From positions 1 to 64,000 of the forward strand of contig OY969564.1 in NCBI GenBank assembly GCA_963701095.1: a stretch of 64,000 bases of DNA, in the 5' to 3' direction. The notes under the pieces are model-generated. The model was not told the origin of the DNA. It made no database searches and was given only the letters and a program-made list of their open reading frames with translations. Shown in pieces: positions 20,166 to 30,354 of the stretch (positions within the stretch are counted from its first letter, which is position 1; every line of letters begins with the position of its first letter). The position numbers and the translations under genes were made by a program. The DNA comes from an uncultured Methanoregulaceae archaeon. GTDB taxonomy: Archaea > Halobacteriota > Methanomicrobia > Methanomicrobiales > Methanospirillaceae.

Positions 20166-21596
20166 CTACCATCCCAGGAACAGTGTCTTTGTCTGAGTAT
20201 AACTGTCCAGGGCGTGAAAACCGTTTTCCCGGCCAATCCCGCTCTCGTTTGTCCCGCCGAAGGGAACCTCAGGGGGTATGGTAAGGTGGCGGTTCACCCA
20301 GATGATTCCGGCATGTACGTTCTGGAACACCTCTTTTACCGTTGAGAGGTCGCGAGTCCAGACCGAAGCGCCAAGGCCATACCGGGACCGGTTTGCCTCC
20401 CGGATGGCAGTGCGGAGGTCCGGGACAGTAACCATCGGTAGTACCGGCCCGAAAATCTCCTTTTTAAGTACTGCGGCATCCGGGGACACATCGGAGATTA
20501 GCGTTGGCTGGTAGAAAAAACCGTTTGCGTAGTCATTTCCGGTAACCGGGCTTCCGCCGGTTAGAATTTTCCCCTCCTCCCGGTCGTTAATATCCGTAAC
20601 GACTGTTGTGATCCGGTCACGCTGGCTTTGGCTGTTGAGTGGGCCCATATCCGTTTCCGGCAGGAGGCCGTTACCGATTTTCATGGCTTCCACCTTAACA
20701 GTAATCAAGTGCATGAATTCTGGTGCAATCTGCTCATGCAGGTACAGCCGTTTGACTGCTGTGCACACTTGTCCTGCATTATAGAACCTGCCCCTGAGTG
20801 CCCCTTCAACCGCTTTTGGAATATCAGCATCAGCCATAACAATCATCGGGTCAGATCCTCCCAGTTCAAGAGTGAGCGCTTTGAGCTGGTCACCTGCAAT
20901 CTTCTGTATTTTATGGCCTGTTTCACAATTCCCGGTAAAGGAGATCTTTTTTACCCTGGCCTGCCGGACTAACGCTTCACCGACCGATTCCCCTGGACCG
21001 GTAACGATATTTAATGCTCCGGCCGGAAGCCCTGCTTCCAGGAAAAGCCGTCCTATTCTCAGGTTGGTAAGGGGCGTAGTCGATGCCGGTTTGAGGACAA
21101 GTGTATTTCCGGCAAGCAATGCCGGACCCACCTTCCAGCCCATAATAATGACCGGCATGTTCCAGGGGATAATCGCACCGCAGACGCCGAGCGGGACCCT
21201 TGTTACCAGGCAGTCTCCGGCTTTCCCGAGATGTACTGCCTCCCCGGCAGGCTGACCGGCTATGGAGGCATAGTATTCGAGGATGTTTGCGCATCCCCTG
21301 ACCTCGTCAATGGATTCCCGGAGCGGTTTTCCCTGTTCTCGGGTAAGAAGATGCGCCAGATCTTTGTGATCACGGCGTACCAGATCTGCTGCACGGGAGA
21401 GGATAAGCCCACGGTCCCGCATAGTCTTTTCTGACCATGAACCAAAGGCGTCCTCAGCGGCATCGACGGCTGCATCAACATCAGCGACAGACCCCCGGGG
21501 AACGTGGTCGATGTATTCGCCGGTTGCCGGGTTCTTAACATCGATCCACGATTCATCGGCCGCAGGAGCAGCCGTCCCGTTGATGAGCATATCCAT
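20166..21596 (-). CDS. NAD(P)-dependent aldehyde dehydrogenase
   Basis: IIPWN, LKPAS, SFTG, LELGG, NAGQVCTA, EIFGP, PFGG. Confidence 0.95.
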   Translation of the reverse strand: MDMLINGTAAPAADESWIDVKNPATGEYIDHVPRGSVADVDAAVDAAEDAFGSWSEKTMRDRGLILSRAADLVRRDHKDLAHLLTREQGKPLRESIDEVRGCANILEYYASIAGQPAGEAVHLGKAGDCLVTRVPLGVCGAIIPWNMPVIIMGWKVGPALLAGNTLVLKPASTTPLTNLRIGRLFLEAGLPAGALNIVTGPGESVGEALVRQARVKKISFTGNCETGHKIQKIAGDQLKALTLELGGSDPMIVMADADIPKAVEGALRGRFYNAGQVCTAVKRLYLHEQIAPEFMHLITVKVEAMKIGNGLLPETDMGPLNSQSQRDRITTVVTDINDREEGKILTGGSPVTGNDYANGFFYQPTLISDVSPDAAVLKKEIFGPVLPMVTVPDLRTAIREANRSRYGLGASVWTRDLSTVKEVFQNVHAGIIWVNRHLTIPPEVPFGGTNESGIGRENGFHALDSYTQTKTLFLGW

Positions 21597-21669
21597 AGAA
21601 TTGTTCCCCCGTTCTCTGTATGCTGAAACTGTCCGCAAGCCGGCTATAAAATGGCAGCGGTTATTCTTT

Positions 21670-23558
21670 TCAATCTGGTGTTGGTGGGATTTCAATATTT
21701 TCGCAGGAAAGGCTCCGGATCCTGCCAGTCAGGGATGTGTTGTAGAAACCATTACGGTCAAGATCCATTTTGAATGCCGGACTTTTTACCAGCGAAATGA
21801 GGGTGACAATCCGGGGATCGTCAAGCATCTCCCGGCGCATTACCAGTTCGTACTGTTCCGCGGTGACAGGAGTAAACATAAGGCCATGTTTTTCAGCGAG
21901 TCCCTGTGAACAGATCCCGGCATCGGCCTGGCCGGCCAGAACTGCTGCTGCAACGGCTCCCGGGGTTGCTGCTTCATTATCATAACCACGGATCCGGGAC
22001 GGTTCAATCTGATGTGACAGGAGGAATGTATCAAAGAGGTGCCGGGCCGGCGTGTCCTTACGTGAATTAACCCAACAGATACTATTGATTGTATCAGTTT
22101 TGATTTCTTTTACGGAGACAATGCCCTGCTTCTGGGTCGCTATGTTGACAAAAATAAGATCCATCGATTTCAGGTACGGCATCAGTATTCTGCTTTCCTG
22201 TAATGTGGAAAATGGCGGCAGGCTCATCGGCGCGGCATGACAGGAGTTCCTTTTCAGCGACAGGATGGCGCTGGTATTACCAGCGCTTGCTGTATGGATG
22301 AAAAGCCCCTGGTTGTGGGCAAGGTTTCCCAGCTCTTCAAGGACCGGGTCGATTGCACCCGAGAAGAGAAGGGTTCGCTCTATGTTTGCCGGATCCGTTG
22401 TCAGGAAAACATCCAGTTCCTGTTCCGCATCGTACCCCTCGACAAGCCCCGGGATATGCGTGTAGCCGTTGGATCTGACCGTTGACATCTGTACCACGGC
22501 ACCCCGGGAACGGGAAATCCCCCAGTATTTTTCCTTGATCCTCCCGACCGATACCGGGACAAACTCATCAAAACCAAGATCAGAGGCCAGAGGGGTAGCA
22601 AGCTGTGCCCGGACGACATATTTCGGAAACGGAGCAAGTCCCCAGTGTTCGAGAAGGGGAACTGCGAATTCGCGGAGCACGGTCTGGGCGGCTAGGGGGT
22701 ACCCGGCAGGCCGATGACCGGTGAATCCTTAATTTTCCCGAGCATCATGGGCTTCCCCGGCTTTACGGCGACACCATGGAAGATTAGTTCACCTATTGCC
22801 GATATCGATCCGGCGGTAAAATCCCGGGTCCCGGCAGAAGATCCGGCAGAGATAATGACCAGGTCATTATTTTCTGCGGCTTCCCGGAGTGCATCCTGTA
22901 TTAATGCAGGATCGTCTCTGATGATCGGTAAACGCTCGCACACGGCACCCATAGATTCGAGGAGGACTTGTGCCATAATGGTGTTGCTCTCGACGACCTG
23001 CCCGGGTTGAGGCCTCGTACCAAGTGGAACAAGTTCGCTCCCCGTCGGGATAATGCCCACCCGTACCGATGTGACTTCAACATCAGCAATACCGTAGGTT
23101 GCAAGGGCTCCTATGTCAAAAGCCCGGATCACATGTCCTTTGGGAAGCACAAGTCTTCCTTCCCTGATATCGTCCCCTGCAGGACGCACGTGCTGCCACT
23201 GGGCAGCAGCCTTACGGATCTGGAACCGGTCGCCGGCCTCCCACGTGTCTTCTATCATGATTACGGCATCGAACTGAGGGGGGAGAATATTACCCGTATT
23301 GACACGGGCGAAATTATCGAGTGTCACCGGGCACTGGTCAGTTGCCCCAAACGTGTCCCGGCTTTTTACAGCAATGCCGTCCATTGCCGCAAGGTTAACT
23401 TCAGGAACCGCATACCTCGCATAGACCGGGTTTGCAATTACCCGTCCCAGTGCCCGTGTAACCGGGATCGTTTCCGTCTTTCCGGGATTGTTAAACGAGC
23501 TTTTGAGGAGATGCAGTGCTTCATCAAAAGATATGAGCGAGAGGTACCGTTTTACCAT
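21670..23558 (-). CDS. moeA: Molybdopterin molybdenumtransferase MoeA fused to a PBP (LysR substrate-binding-like) domain (frameshift ~22695)
   Basis: AAMDGIAV, VNTGN, IPTGSEL, SAGSSAGTRD, KPGKP, LPG(Y)P; C-terminal IRGYD...ADAGI...EQYEL. Confidence 0.9.
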
Positions 23559-23819
23559 GGTGCATCTCCCTGGAGATTACCAACCAAAAAAAAGATAGTG
23601 CGAGGCATTTCTTGTGATCCTTAAAGATAATGGAGATCGTGGACCTTTTTGCGTCCCATCGTAACTAATCCAAAAGTACCTGTACAATCCGTGTCCGTAA
23701 AAGGTTTTTCAAATACACTAAAGTAACGGTTGAAACAAAGGTTTTTTACTGTCGGATATCCCTTGTGGATCTGACTGCATGAAAAGATTAATCCCGATAA
23801 ACGGAGTTAATTTCTCGTA

Positions 23820-24740
23820 ATGAGAGAAAATTTTCTTTTGATAGGTATTTTGGTCCTGATCTTCTCAATATTCATTGCGGGGTGCACTTCCGGCACTACC
23901 TCCGGAATAGCTACCCCGACACCCCAGGTTGCTACACCAACGCCTGAAATTATCTATATCACCGTCACCAGTACGCCGTCACCTCTTATCACGCCCGGAA
24001 CAAGCGTAATGCCTACTCCCTCTCCCACAGGTCCATTGACGTACACCTCAGATCAAATCAATAAACATTTCATAGATATTGTATTCGGGAACGATATTTC
24101 AACCATTAACAAATACCCGGATACCCTGGTGAAGGATGATGTCACCGGAGATTTCACCGCGAATGATGTAAGTATCCTGAGCGCATTCCAGCAGCAATTC
24201 AATAATTATTCTTCAACCACTCAATTATCATCACAACCGATAGAAAACGAGCAGGGATCTATTGTAATAGATTTCTTACCGGAATCATCCCTGCAGAATC
24301 TTGCAATTGACACATCTTATTCAAGTACTCTTGGAAAACAGATCATTAACAAAGATGGTTCGGGAAATATCGGGTCTATTTACCGGACCTCAATAAGTCA
24401 GATGCCCCAATCACAATCCTACCCTGCTGTATCAGCTCAGACTTCAGTTATAGGAAACGGTGTAATCGGAACTGTTTACATTAATTCTGATTTGACCGGA
24501 GATGAGCGGACTCATTTCATCATCCGTGGACTTCTCTATTATCTTGGATTCGTCGGGCAGACGGGAATCTACCCGGACAGCATTTTCTATTCCGGGCAGA
24601 ATAATACCTCAACACCGAGTATCATTGATTGGGATGCAATCAGCCTGATGTATGGCAATACGATATCCAGCGGCATGTCACTCAGCGATGTAGAGAATAC
24701 CCTTTTAATCCTGAACACGAATTCACAACCCTCTCTTTGA
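23820..24740 (+). CDS. Predicted lipoprotein, DUF2927-like
   Basis: Lipobox IAGC, Thr/Pro linker, HFIDIVFG, ERTHFIIRGLLYYLGF, YPDSIFY. Confidence 0.7.
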   Translation: MRENFLLIGILVLIFSIFIAGCTSGTTSGIATPTPQVATPTPEIIYITVTSTPSPLITPGTSVMPTPSPTGPLTYTSDQINKHFIDIVFGNDISTINKYPDTLVKDDVTGDFTANDVSILSAFQQQFNNYSSTTQLSSQPIENEQGSIVIDFLPESSLQNLAIDTSYSSTLGKQIINKDGSGNIGSIYRTSISQMPQSQSYPAVSAQTSVIGNGVIGTVYINSDLTGDERTHFIIRGLLYYLGFVGQTGIYPDSIFYSGQNNTSTPSIIDWDAISLMYGNTISSGMSLSDVENTLLILNTNSQPSL

Positions 24741-24855
24741 GAAAAGACCTCTTAACTCCTTAATTTGCAGAGCATTTCCCTCAAATATACCCGGATAGTA
24801 TCAGGATAAAGTATATTAGAGGGATTTTCACATCATTGCCTGAAGAGGTAATACG

Positions 24856-25260
24856 ATGGTTGACACAGACTCTCCGGATCTGCTGCATGAGGCATCAGAC
24901 CAGACTTGGGAAACGCTCGTGGAAAAAGAAAAAAAACCTGTCGCTGTTATGTTTTACAGTCCTGTCTGCCCGTTCTGTCACCAAATGGAGCCTTATTTCA
25001 AGAACTATGCTACGGAATACCGGGAGACCGTCGCATTTGTCCGCATCAATATTATGGTCAATCCCTGGATCACAGAACGGTATGGTGTGCGGAGCACCCC
25101 GACCTTCAAATTTTTCTGTGACGGTAAACCGGTTCAGGAAATGGTTGGTTCAGTGTATCCAGCCCTTTTTAAAAAAATGGTCGACGAGGTACTACTTCAC
25201 GGAAAAGAGTGTGCGAAAAATGCAACCGAAATTGATTACGAAATCACGGGTTACGGGTAA
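24856..25260 (+). CDS. Thioredoxin family protein
   Basis: FYSPVCPFC, YGVRSTPTF. Confidence 0.9.
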   Translation: MVDTDSPDLLHEASDQTWETLVEKEKKPVAVMFYSPVCPFCHQMEPYFKNYATEYRETVAFVRINIMVNPWITERYGVRSTPTFKFFCDGKPVQEMVGSVYPALFKKMVDEVLLHGKECAKNATEIDYEITGYG

Positions 25261-25341
25261 AATCTCTTATTATTTTTGATCTCTGGTACGGCATTTTCTA
25301 ACCTCGTATAGAAGGACAGCAAATGTGTGGATATAATCGGT

Positions 25342-25650
25342 TTAACGTGAAAGAACAGCCTTTCCCACCATCACCGGTATGGCGGCAAGATCGCCAATAT
25401 TTCCAAGACCAAGGACCGCCGAACCGTCAGTAATCGCGATTGTATTCGCTTTGAGGGTGTAACAGTATACCAGGTTTTTATCTTGGCCAATCCTGCGGCA
25501 GACTTCGGTTACGCCAAGAGTATAGGCCTGGGATAGATCGTAGCTGTTCCTGACCGGGACTTTGGACCGGATCTCCAGTTTCCCGTGATGAAGCGCGTGA
25601 AGAGCAAGGGATTCCCGGTAGATTTCGTCATGGTACGCGGTGCCCGGCAT
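25342..25650 (-). pseudogene. Truncated NAD(P)-dependent malic enzyme (N-terminal ~100 aa)
   Basis: GKLEI, DLSQAYTLGV (YTPGV), ITDGSAVLGLGNIG, IPVMVGKAVL (PVMEGK), then a stop; no room for the remainder. Confidence 0.8.
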
Positions 25651-25870
25651 AATGGCTCATCCGTATCGAAAAGAGCCTAATGAAACGTAATGAATCTTCT
25701 CCCCCCCCAAAAAAGCACGAGATTCCATGCAATAAAGTTACATTTTAATACATCAATGGACAAAAGTATACATTAAGGTATGGCATGATTGTCGTTTTAC
25801 CGGCGATGCTGACAGCACATTCCTGTGCTCTCGTGGTGCGTACCTGTGCAGTTTACTGGTGTGAAATTCC

Positions 25871-26398
25871 ATGAAGTCAAAAGATATTGCTATTGTAGGT
25901 ATCCTTCTTGCTGTCGGTGCTATCCTGAGGTATTTCCTGGCGATGCTCCATACGCCGCTTACGCCGAACATGATCATCGCGTTTTACTGTCTTGCGATCA
26001 TCCTCATCCGGCCAAACGTTTTTGAGGCTTTAGGGATAGGTATTGTTGCCGGTATCTTATCGATGCTGATATCTAGTTCGATTTTTCCCCCGGCTAACCT
26101 TATCAGCGAACCGCTTGGCGCACTGACCTGCTTTGGTCTTTATGCTCTTATCGGCACCCGGACAAAGCTTGCTCCGGCCGCCACCACCTTCATCGCAACA
26201 CTGGTGAGCGGATTCTCGTTTGCCATTATCGCGATCCTTCTTGTAAGTGCTACCATCCTTGCTCAGTTTAACGGCAGTCTCGGGGCCTTTGTCATCATCT
26301 TTGTCCCGATTGTTGTGATAACGGCAGTATTTAATGCGATTATCGTCGAGATCCTCTACCTCCCCTCAAACAGGGTGCTCGTACAAGGGCAGGAATGA
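25871..26398 (+). CDS. ECF transporter S component (TrpP-like)
   Basis: ILLAVGAIL, PNMIIAFYCLAI, NLISEPLGA, TLVSG; ~6 TM segments. Substrate not established. Confidence 0.75.
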   Translation: MKSKDIAIVGILLAVGAILRYFLAMLHTPLTPNMIIAFYCLAIILIRPNVFEALGIGIVAGILSMLISSSIFPPANLISEPLGALTCFGLYALIGTRTKLAPAATTFIATLVSGFSFAIIAILLVSATILAQFNGSLGAFVIIFVPIVVITAVFNAIIVEILYLPSNRVLVQGQE

Positions 26399-27846
26399 TT
26401 GAACTCTCTGACGTCAGTTACACATACCCTCATACGGTGCAGGAAGCTCTGCACCGTTTATCCCTCGTGCTCGAAAAAGGCCGGTGTATTATGGTTACCG
26501 GCCCTTCCGGCGCAGGGAAAACGACACTCTGTCTTGCCGCCTGTGGTATTCTCAATCACGAATATGGCGGAAAGAAAACCGGCCTTGTGACTATCAACGG
26601 AAGAAATGTTGCTGATTATACCGGTCTTTCCGATATAGCAAGAACCATCGGAATTGTCTTTGACGATGCCGAGGCCCAGATGATCTTTACAACTGTCGAA
26701 GAGGAGATTCTCTCTGCGCTCGAGTACCGGGGACTCTCCCCGGACGAAATTGAACGTCGTCTTGCAGAGATTATGGAGGTTACGTTCCTTTCAGCGTTGA
26801 AAGATCGTTCGCCTCACAACCTTTCCGGGGGCCAGAAGCAGCGTGTCGCCCTTGCAGCAACGCTTGCGCTCGGGAACGACGTCCTTATTCTTGACGAACC
26901 CACCTCAGAGCTGGATGAACATGCAACACGCCGGATTGTGAAGATCCTCTCAAACCTTAAGAGGGAAGGAAAAACCCTCCTCATTGTAGAACATAAGTTC
27001 GACTATTTCAAAGAAATTGTCGATACTCTTGTAGTGCTGGACCATGGCAGTATTTCCGCGATCGGCCCCGCCGATGACGTCCTTAAAGATGCGCGGATTA
27101 GAAATATGGTTATCCCGGATTTTTCCGGAATAAAAGATAATGCTGCCGCTCCTGTGCAGCAATCGGGTGCACTCCCTGCTATCACAGTGAGGAACCTTTC
27201 GTATTCGTATGGTGATGTCCCGGCATTACATGATCTGAGATTAAGCATCAATGCCGGCGAATTTGTCGCCATTGTCGGCGAGAATGGTTCCGGAAAAACC
27301 ACGCTTGTCAGGCAGTTCAACCGGCTTCTTACTCCGACTGCCGGGGACGTTATTATTAATGGCAGAAATACCCGGGACTGCACTATTACAGAACTGGCCC
27401 ACGACGTAGGTCTGGTTTTCCAGAACCCAGACCACATGTTTTTTGCAGATACGGTCAGGGACGAGATAGCATTCGGCCTTGATAATCTGGGTTTAGGAAA
27501 CCAAGAGGTCATTATTGATGCTGCGCTCGAAGAAGTGGGGCTCCTGCACACAAAAACACTGTATCCTCGTTGGCTCTCCCGGGGTGAACGCCAGCGACTT
27601 GCCATTGCATGCGTTGTCGCCATGCAGCCTAAGATCATCGTCCTTGACGAGCCAACAACCGGTCTGGACGGTGAAGAGGCAAGGCTTGTTATGGGGATCC
27701 TTAGAAAGCACCAGAAGAAAGGACATACCGTTGTCGTAATCACCCATAACCGGGATATTGCACGGTACTGTGCCGACCGCATAATAACCATGGACCAGGG
27801 ACGCGTAATAGCGGATATACAGGGAGGAGAAAAAGCCAATGGCTGA
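26395..27846 (+). CDS. ECF transporter duplicated ATPase
   Basis: Two ABC domains: GPSGAGKT/LSGGQKQ/LDEPT and GENGSGKT/LSRGERQ/LDEPT. Confidence 0.92.
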   Translation: MIELSDVSYTYPHTVQEALHRLSLVLEKGRCIMVTGPSGAGKTTLCLAACGILNHEYGGKKTGLVTINGRNVADYTGLSDIARTIGIVFDDAEAQMIFTTVEEEILSALEYRGLSPDEIERRLAEIMEVTFLSALKDRSPHNLSGGQKQRVALAATLALGNDVLILDEPTSELDEHATRRIVKILSNLKREGKTLLIVEHKFDYFKEIVDTLVVLDHGSISAIGPADDVLKDARIRNMVIPDFSGIKDNAAAPVQQSGALPAITVRNLSYSYGDVPALHDLRLSINAGEFVAIVGENGSGKTTLVRQFNRLLTPTAGDVIINGRNTRDCTITELAHDVGLVFQNPDHMFFADTVRDEIAFGLDNLGLGNQEVIIDAALEEVGLLHTKTLYPRWLSRGERQRLAIACVVAMQPKIIVLDEPTTGLDGEEARLVMGILRKHQKKGHTVVVITHNRDIARYCADRIITMDQGRVIADIQGGEKANG

Positions 27847-28642
27847 GATCCTCCAGTACGTCCACAAGGACGGTTTTTTTCACCGTCTTACCCCGTTAAC
27901 AAAGATACTTTTCATCATTTTGATAGCAGTGATCTGTGTCCTTGCGACAGGAATTCCCTTCCTTCTTCTTGTAGTCGCAGTATTGCTTCTCCTCGCATAC
28001 ATCAGTCATCTTCACCGTGAGTTACTCCAGCAGCTCAGGCTTGTCCTCGTTATGAGTGCCATTTTTATTGTCATCACGGTTCTTACGATGCCAAACGGAG
28101 CAATCCTTGGTACTCTTATTCCCCACGAGGTGCCGCTTATTGGAGGAGCAATCCCCGTTACCATTGGGGGAATAGCAGTTGGTATTGTTCTTGCGCTCCG
28201 GTTCATTGTTTTGATTTTCGCGTTCCAGCTCTTCCTTATCTCAACACAGCCCCGTGATCTGGTTCATGCGATGGATCACCTGCATATGCCGGTCGATTAC
28301 ATCCTGATGTTTGTGATCGCTCTCCGGTTCATTCCAACCCTCCAGATAGAAGGAAAACGGATCCACGAAGCACAGCTCGCACGGGGGTACAACCCGGGCA
28401 ACGGGATGCTGGGAAAGATCCGGAGTGTCACACCTATTGTCGTCCCGCTGGTGTCAAATGCACTCCTGCGTTCAACCGTTCTTGGTCTTACCATCGATAT
28501 GCGGGGATACCGGACCGGAACACGGACTCGTGTCCGCGAACGCCGGTTAACCCCCGGGGATTATCTCATGGTGGGCGTCATAGCGGCTACTTCTGCAGTT
28601 TTTGCAGTTGTCACGTTCATTGCACCGAATCTGATCTACTGA
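27839..28642 (+). CDS. ECF transporter T component
   Basis: LTPLTK, ALRFIP, AQLARG, DMRGY. Confidence 0.92.
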   Translation: MAEILQYVHKDGFFHRLTPLTKILFIILIAVICVLATGIPFLLLVVAVLLLLAYISHLHRELLQQLRLVLVMSAIFIVITVLTMPNGAILGTLIPHEVPLIGGAIPVTIGGIAVGIVLALRFIVLIFAFQLFLISTQPRDLVHAMDHLHMPVDYILMFVIALRFIPTLQIEGKRIHEAQLARGYNPGNGMLGKIRSVTPIVVPLVSNALLRSTVLGLTIDMRGYRTGTRTRVRERRLTPGDYLMVGVIAATSAVFAVVTFIAPNLIY

Positions 28643-28755
28643 TCGAACAGGAGAGAAGCCTGGTATTTCGCTCACGGAAAATTAACCCCTCGCCTACCGG
28701 CGTTGGAATAGTCTCCGACAGCATAAAGTTGATATTTTTCTATGACTATGAGTAA

Positions 28756-29316
28756 TTGAATATGCATATCCCCCGTCCTGAAGAGATTCGTTCCCGCCGT
28801 GAAACATTGGGACTCAGACAAACGGAAATCGCCAGACGGGCAGGAATCAGCCAGTCTATGGTGGCCCGGATAGAAGCCGGTAGTGTCGATCCCCGGGTCA
28901 GTACACTCAACAAAATTATTACCGTACTTAATAACGCTGAGCCCCGGAAAATAACTGCAGGCCAGATTATGCACACTCCTGTGCTATCCGTCCCGCCACA
29001 GGCAACCATTTCTCAGGCAGTCGAGATCTTTGAAAAAAATAACGTCTCCCAGCTCCCGGTGATCGAACGAGGTGCTCCCGTGGGCTGTATTTCCGAATCG
29101 GTCATCGTTAAAGCAATTGAGCAGCAGCGTCTCCATCCCGCGCATGCTGTTATGGTTAAGGATTTGATGGAACCGGGCTTTCCCACTGTCCCCCCGGATA
29201 TGGATGTCGAAACCGTCGTAAACATCCTCCAGCAGAACCACGCTGTGTTGGTAACCGAAGGTCGTATTGTCCGGGGTGTAATAACCAAGCACGACCTGAT
29301 CACCCTCATTGTCTGA
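28756..29316 (+). CDS. XRE-HTH + CBS-pair transcriptional regulator
   Basis: GLRQTEIARRAGISQSMVARIEAG; two CBS domains ending GVITKHDL. Confidence 0.9.
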   Translation: MNMHIPRPEEIRSRRETLGLRQTEIARRAGISQSMVARIEAGSVDPRVSTLNKIITVLNNAEPRKITAGQIMHTPVLSVPPQATISQAVEIFEKNNVSQLPVIERGAPVGCISESVIVKAIEQQRLHPAHAVMVKDLMEPGFPTVPPDMDVETVVNILQQNHAVLVTEGRIVRGVITKHDLITLIV

Positions 29317-29464
29317 TATGAACCGAAATATATTACGAAAACGCGATTCCTGCGTAATATCCCTTCCTTTTAGCAAATATCCTTCAAAATCAATCGAAAT
29401 GTTTATTAGTTATTATAATTGAGAATTTGTTGTTGTGGCCTAGCCACACCAGAAGTGTGTTTAA

Positions 29465-29572
29465 ATGGCAGATGAAGCAAAATCGAGTGAAATCAATAGT
29501 ATGACTGTCGTCGGAATCGGTATTGTATTGTTCATTGTGATTATCGGTGTCTGGTACCTATTATCCAAATAA
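29465..29572 (+). CDS. 35-aa single-pass membrane microprotein (not in ORF track)
   Basis: MADEAKSSEINSMTVVGIGIVLFIVIIGVWYLLSK*; TATA-like tract at ~29402-29420 upstream. Confidence 0.7.
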   Translation: MADEAKSSEINSMTVVGIGIVLFIVIIGVWYLLSK

Positions 29573-29613
29573 CGCCGACACAAGTCATAAAAATACTTAT
29601 TTTTCTGTTTTTC

Positions 29614-30282
29614 TCATAGTTTTGAAACGAGATCCCGCAGCACTGCGGCAGGATCCGGTGATTTTACAACGCTTGATGCTAAGAGCACGCCATCTGTCCC
29701 CAGATCAACAGCAATCTTTACGCATTCGCCACTCTGGATCCCGGCGCCGGTGAGTACTTTCACTTTAGGGTTCACTACATGAACCGCCGCGACAGATCGT
29801 TGAATAATTTCCGGGTTTGCTTTTGAAACCGAGACACCGCTGCCAATCAATTCCGGGGGTTCGATGGCCACATATTCTGGGCCGAGTGCCGCAGCGCCGG
29901 CACTAGTGATCTCGTTGTTGGAACATACGACCGCAGACATTTTATGAGACTGGAGCGCCCGCACCGATAATTCGATCTCGGCAAGGGTTAAGCGCCTCTC
30001 AGAGTGATTGACAATTGAACCAACGGCCCCTGCCAGCTTAAGTGCATCTACTGAGATATGGCCAGTACCAGCGCCGGGCTCATAACCGTCGACATGCTGG
30101 GCATACACTGGAATCGCAAAATGGTGACAGAGGGGGTGAAGATCGATATAGCCGGGTGCGATACCAATGGAAGCGCCCGTCTCCCGGGCAACCAGCTGTG
30201 CGGCAGTAGCAATCATATGGGCCCGGTTACCCATACCTTCCTTGTATGTTTTGAGGTTTACCAGTATCAGAGGCGATGTCAT
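29614..30282 (-). CDS. tpiA: Triosephosphate isomerase, archaeal type
   Basis: [36 protein letters not shown]. Confidence 0.97.
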   Translation of the reverse strand: MTSPLILVNLKTYKEGMGNRAHMIATAAQLVARETGASIGIAPGYIDLHPLCHHFAIPVYAQHVDGYEPGAGTGHISVDALKLAGAVGSIVNHSERRLTLAEIELSVRALQSHKMSAVVCSNNEITSAGAAALGPEYVAIEPPELIGSGVSVSKANPEIIQRSVAAVHVVNPKVKVLTGAGIQSGECVKIAVDLGTDGVLLASSVVKSPDPAAVLRDLVSKL

Positions 30283-30354
30283 CGAGTTTTACTCCTCGTT
30301 CATGTGGTGTTTGCCCCCGGCGCCATTCAACCTTTCGCTCCCGGAAATGTGCAT

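Noticed and set aside
25785..25874. 29-aa uORF (MIVVLP...AVYWCEIP*) overlapping the start of the TrpP-like ECF S component, as a Trp leader
   Set aside because: It has only one Trp codon, which arises from the SD-like CTGGTGTGA. Stalling there would block rather than open the downstream start.
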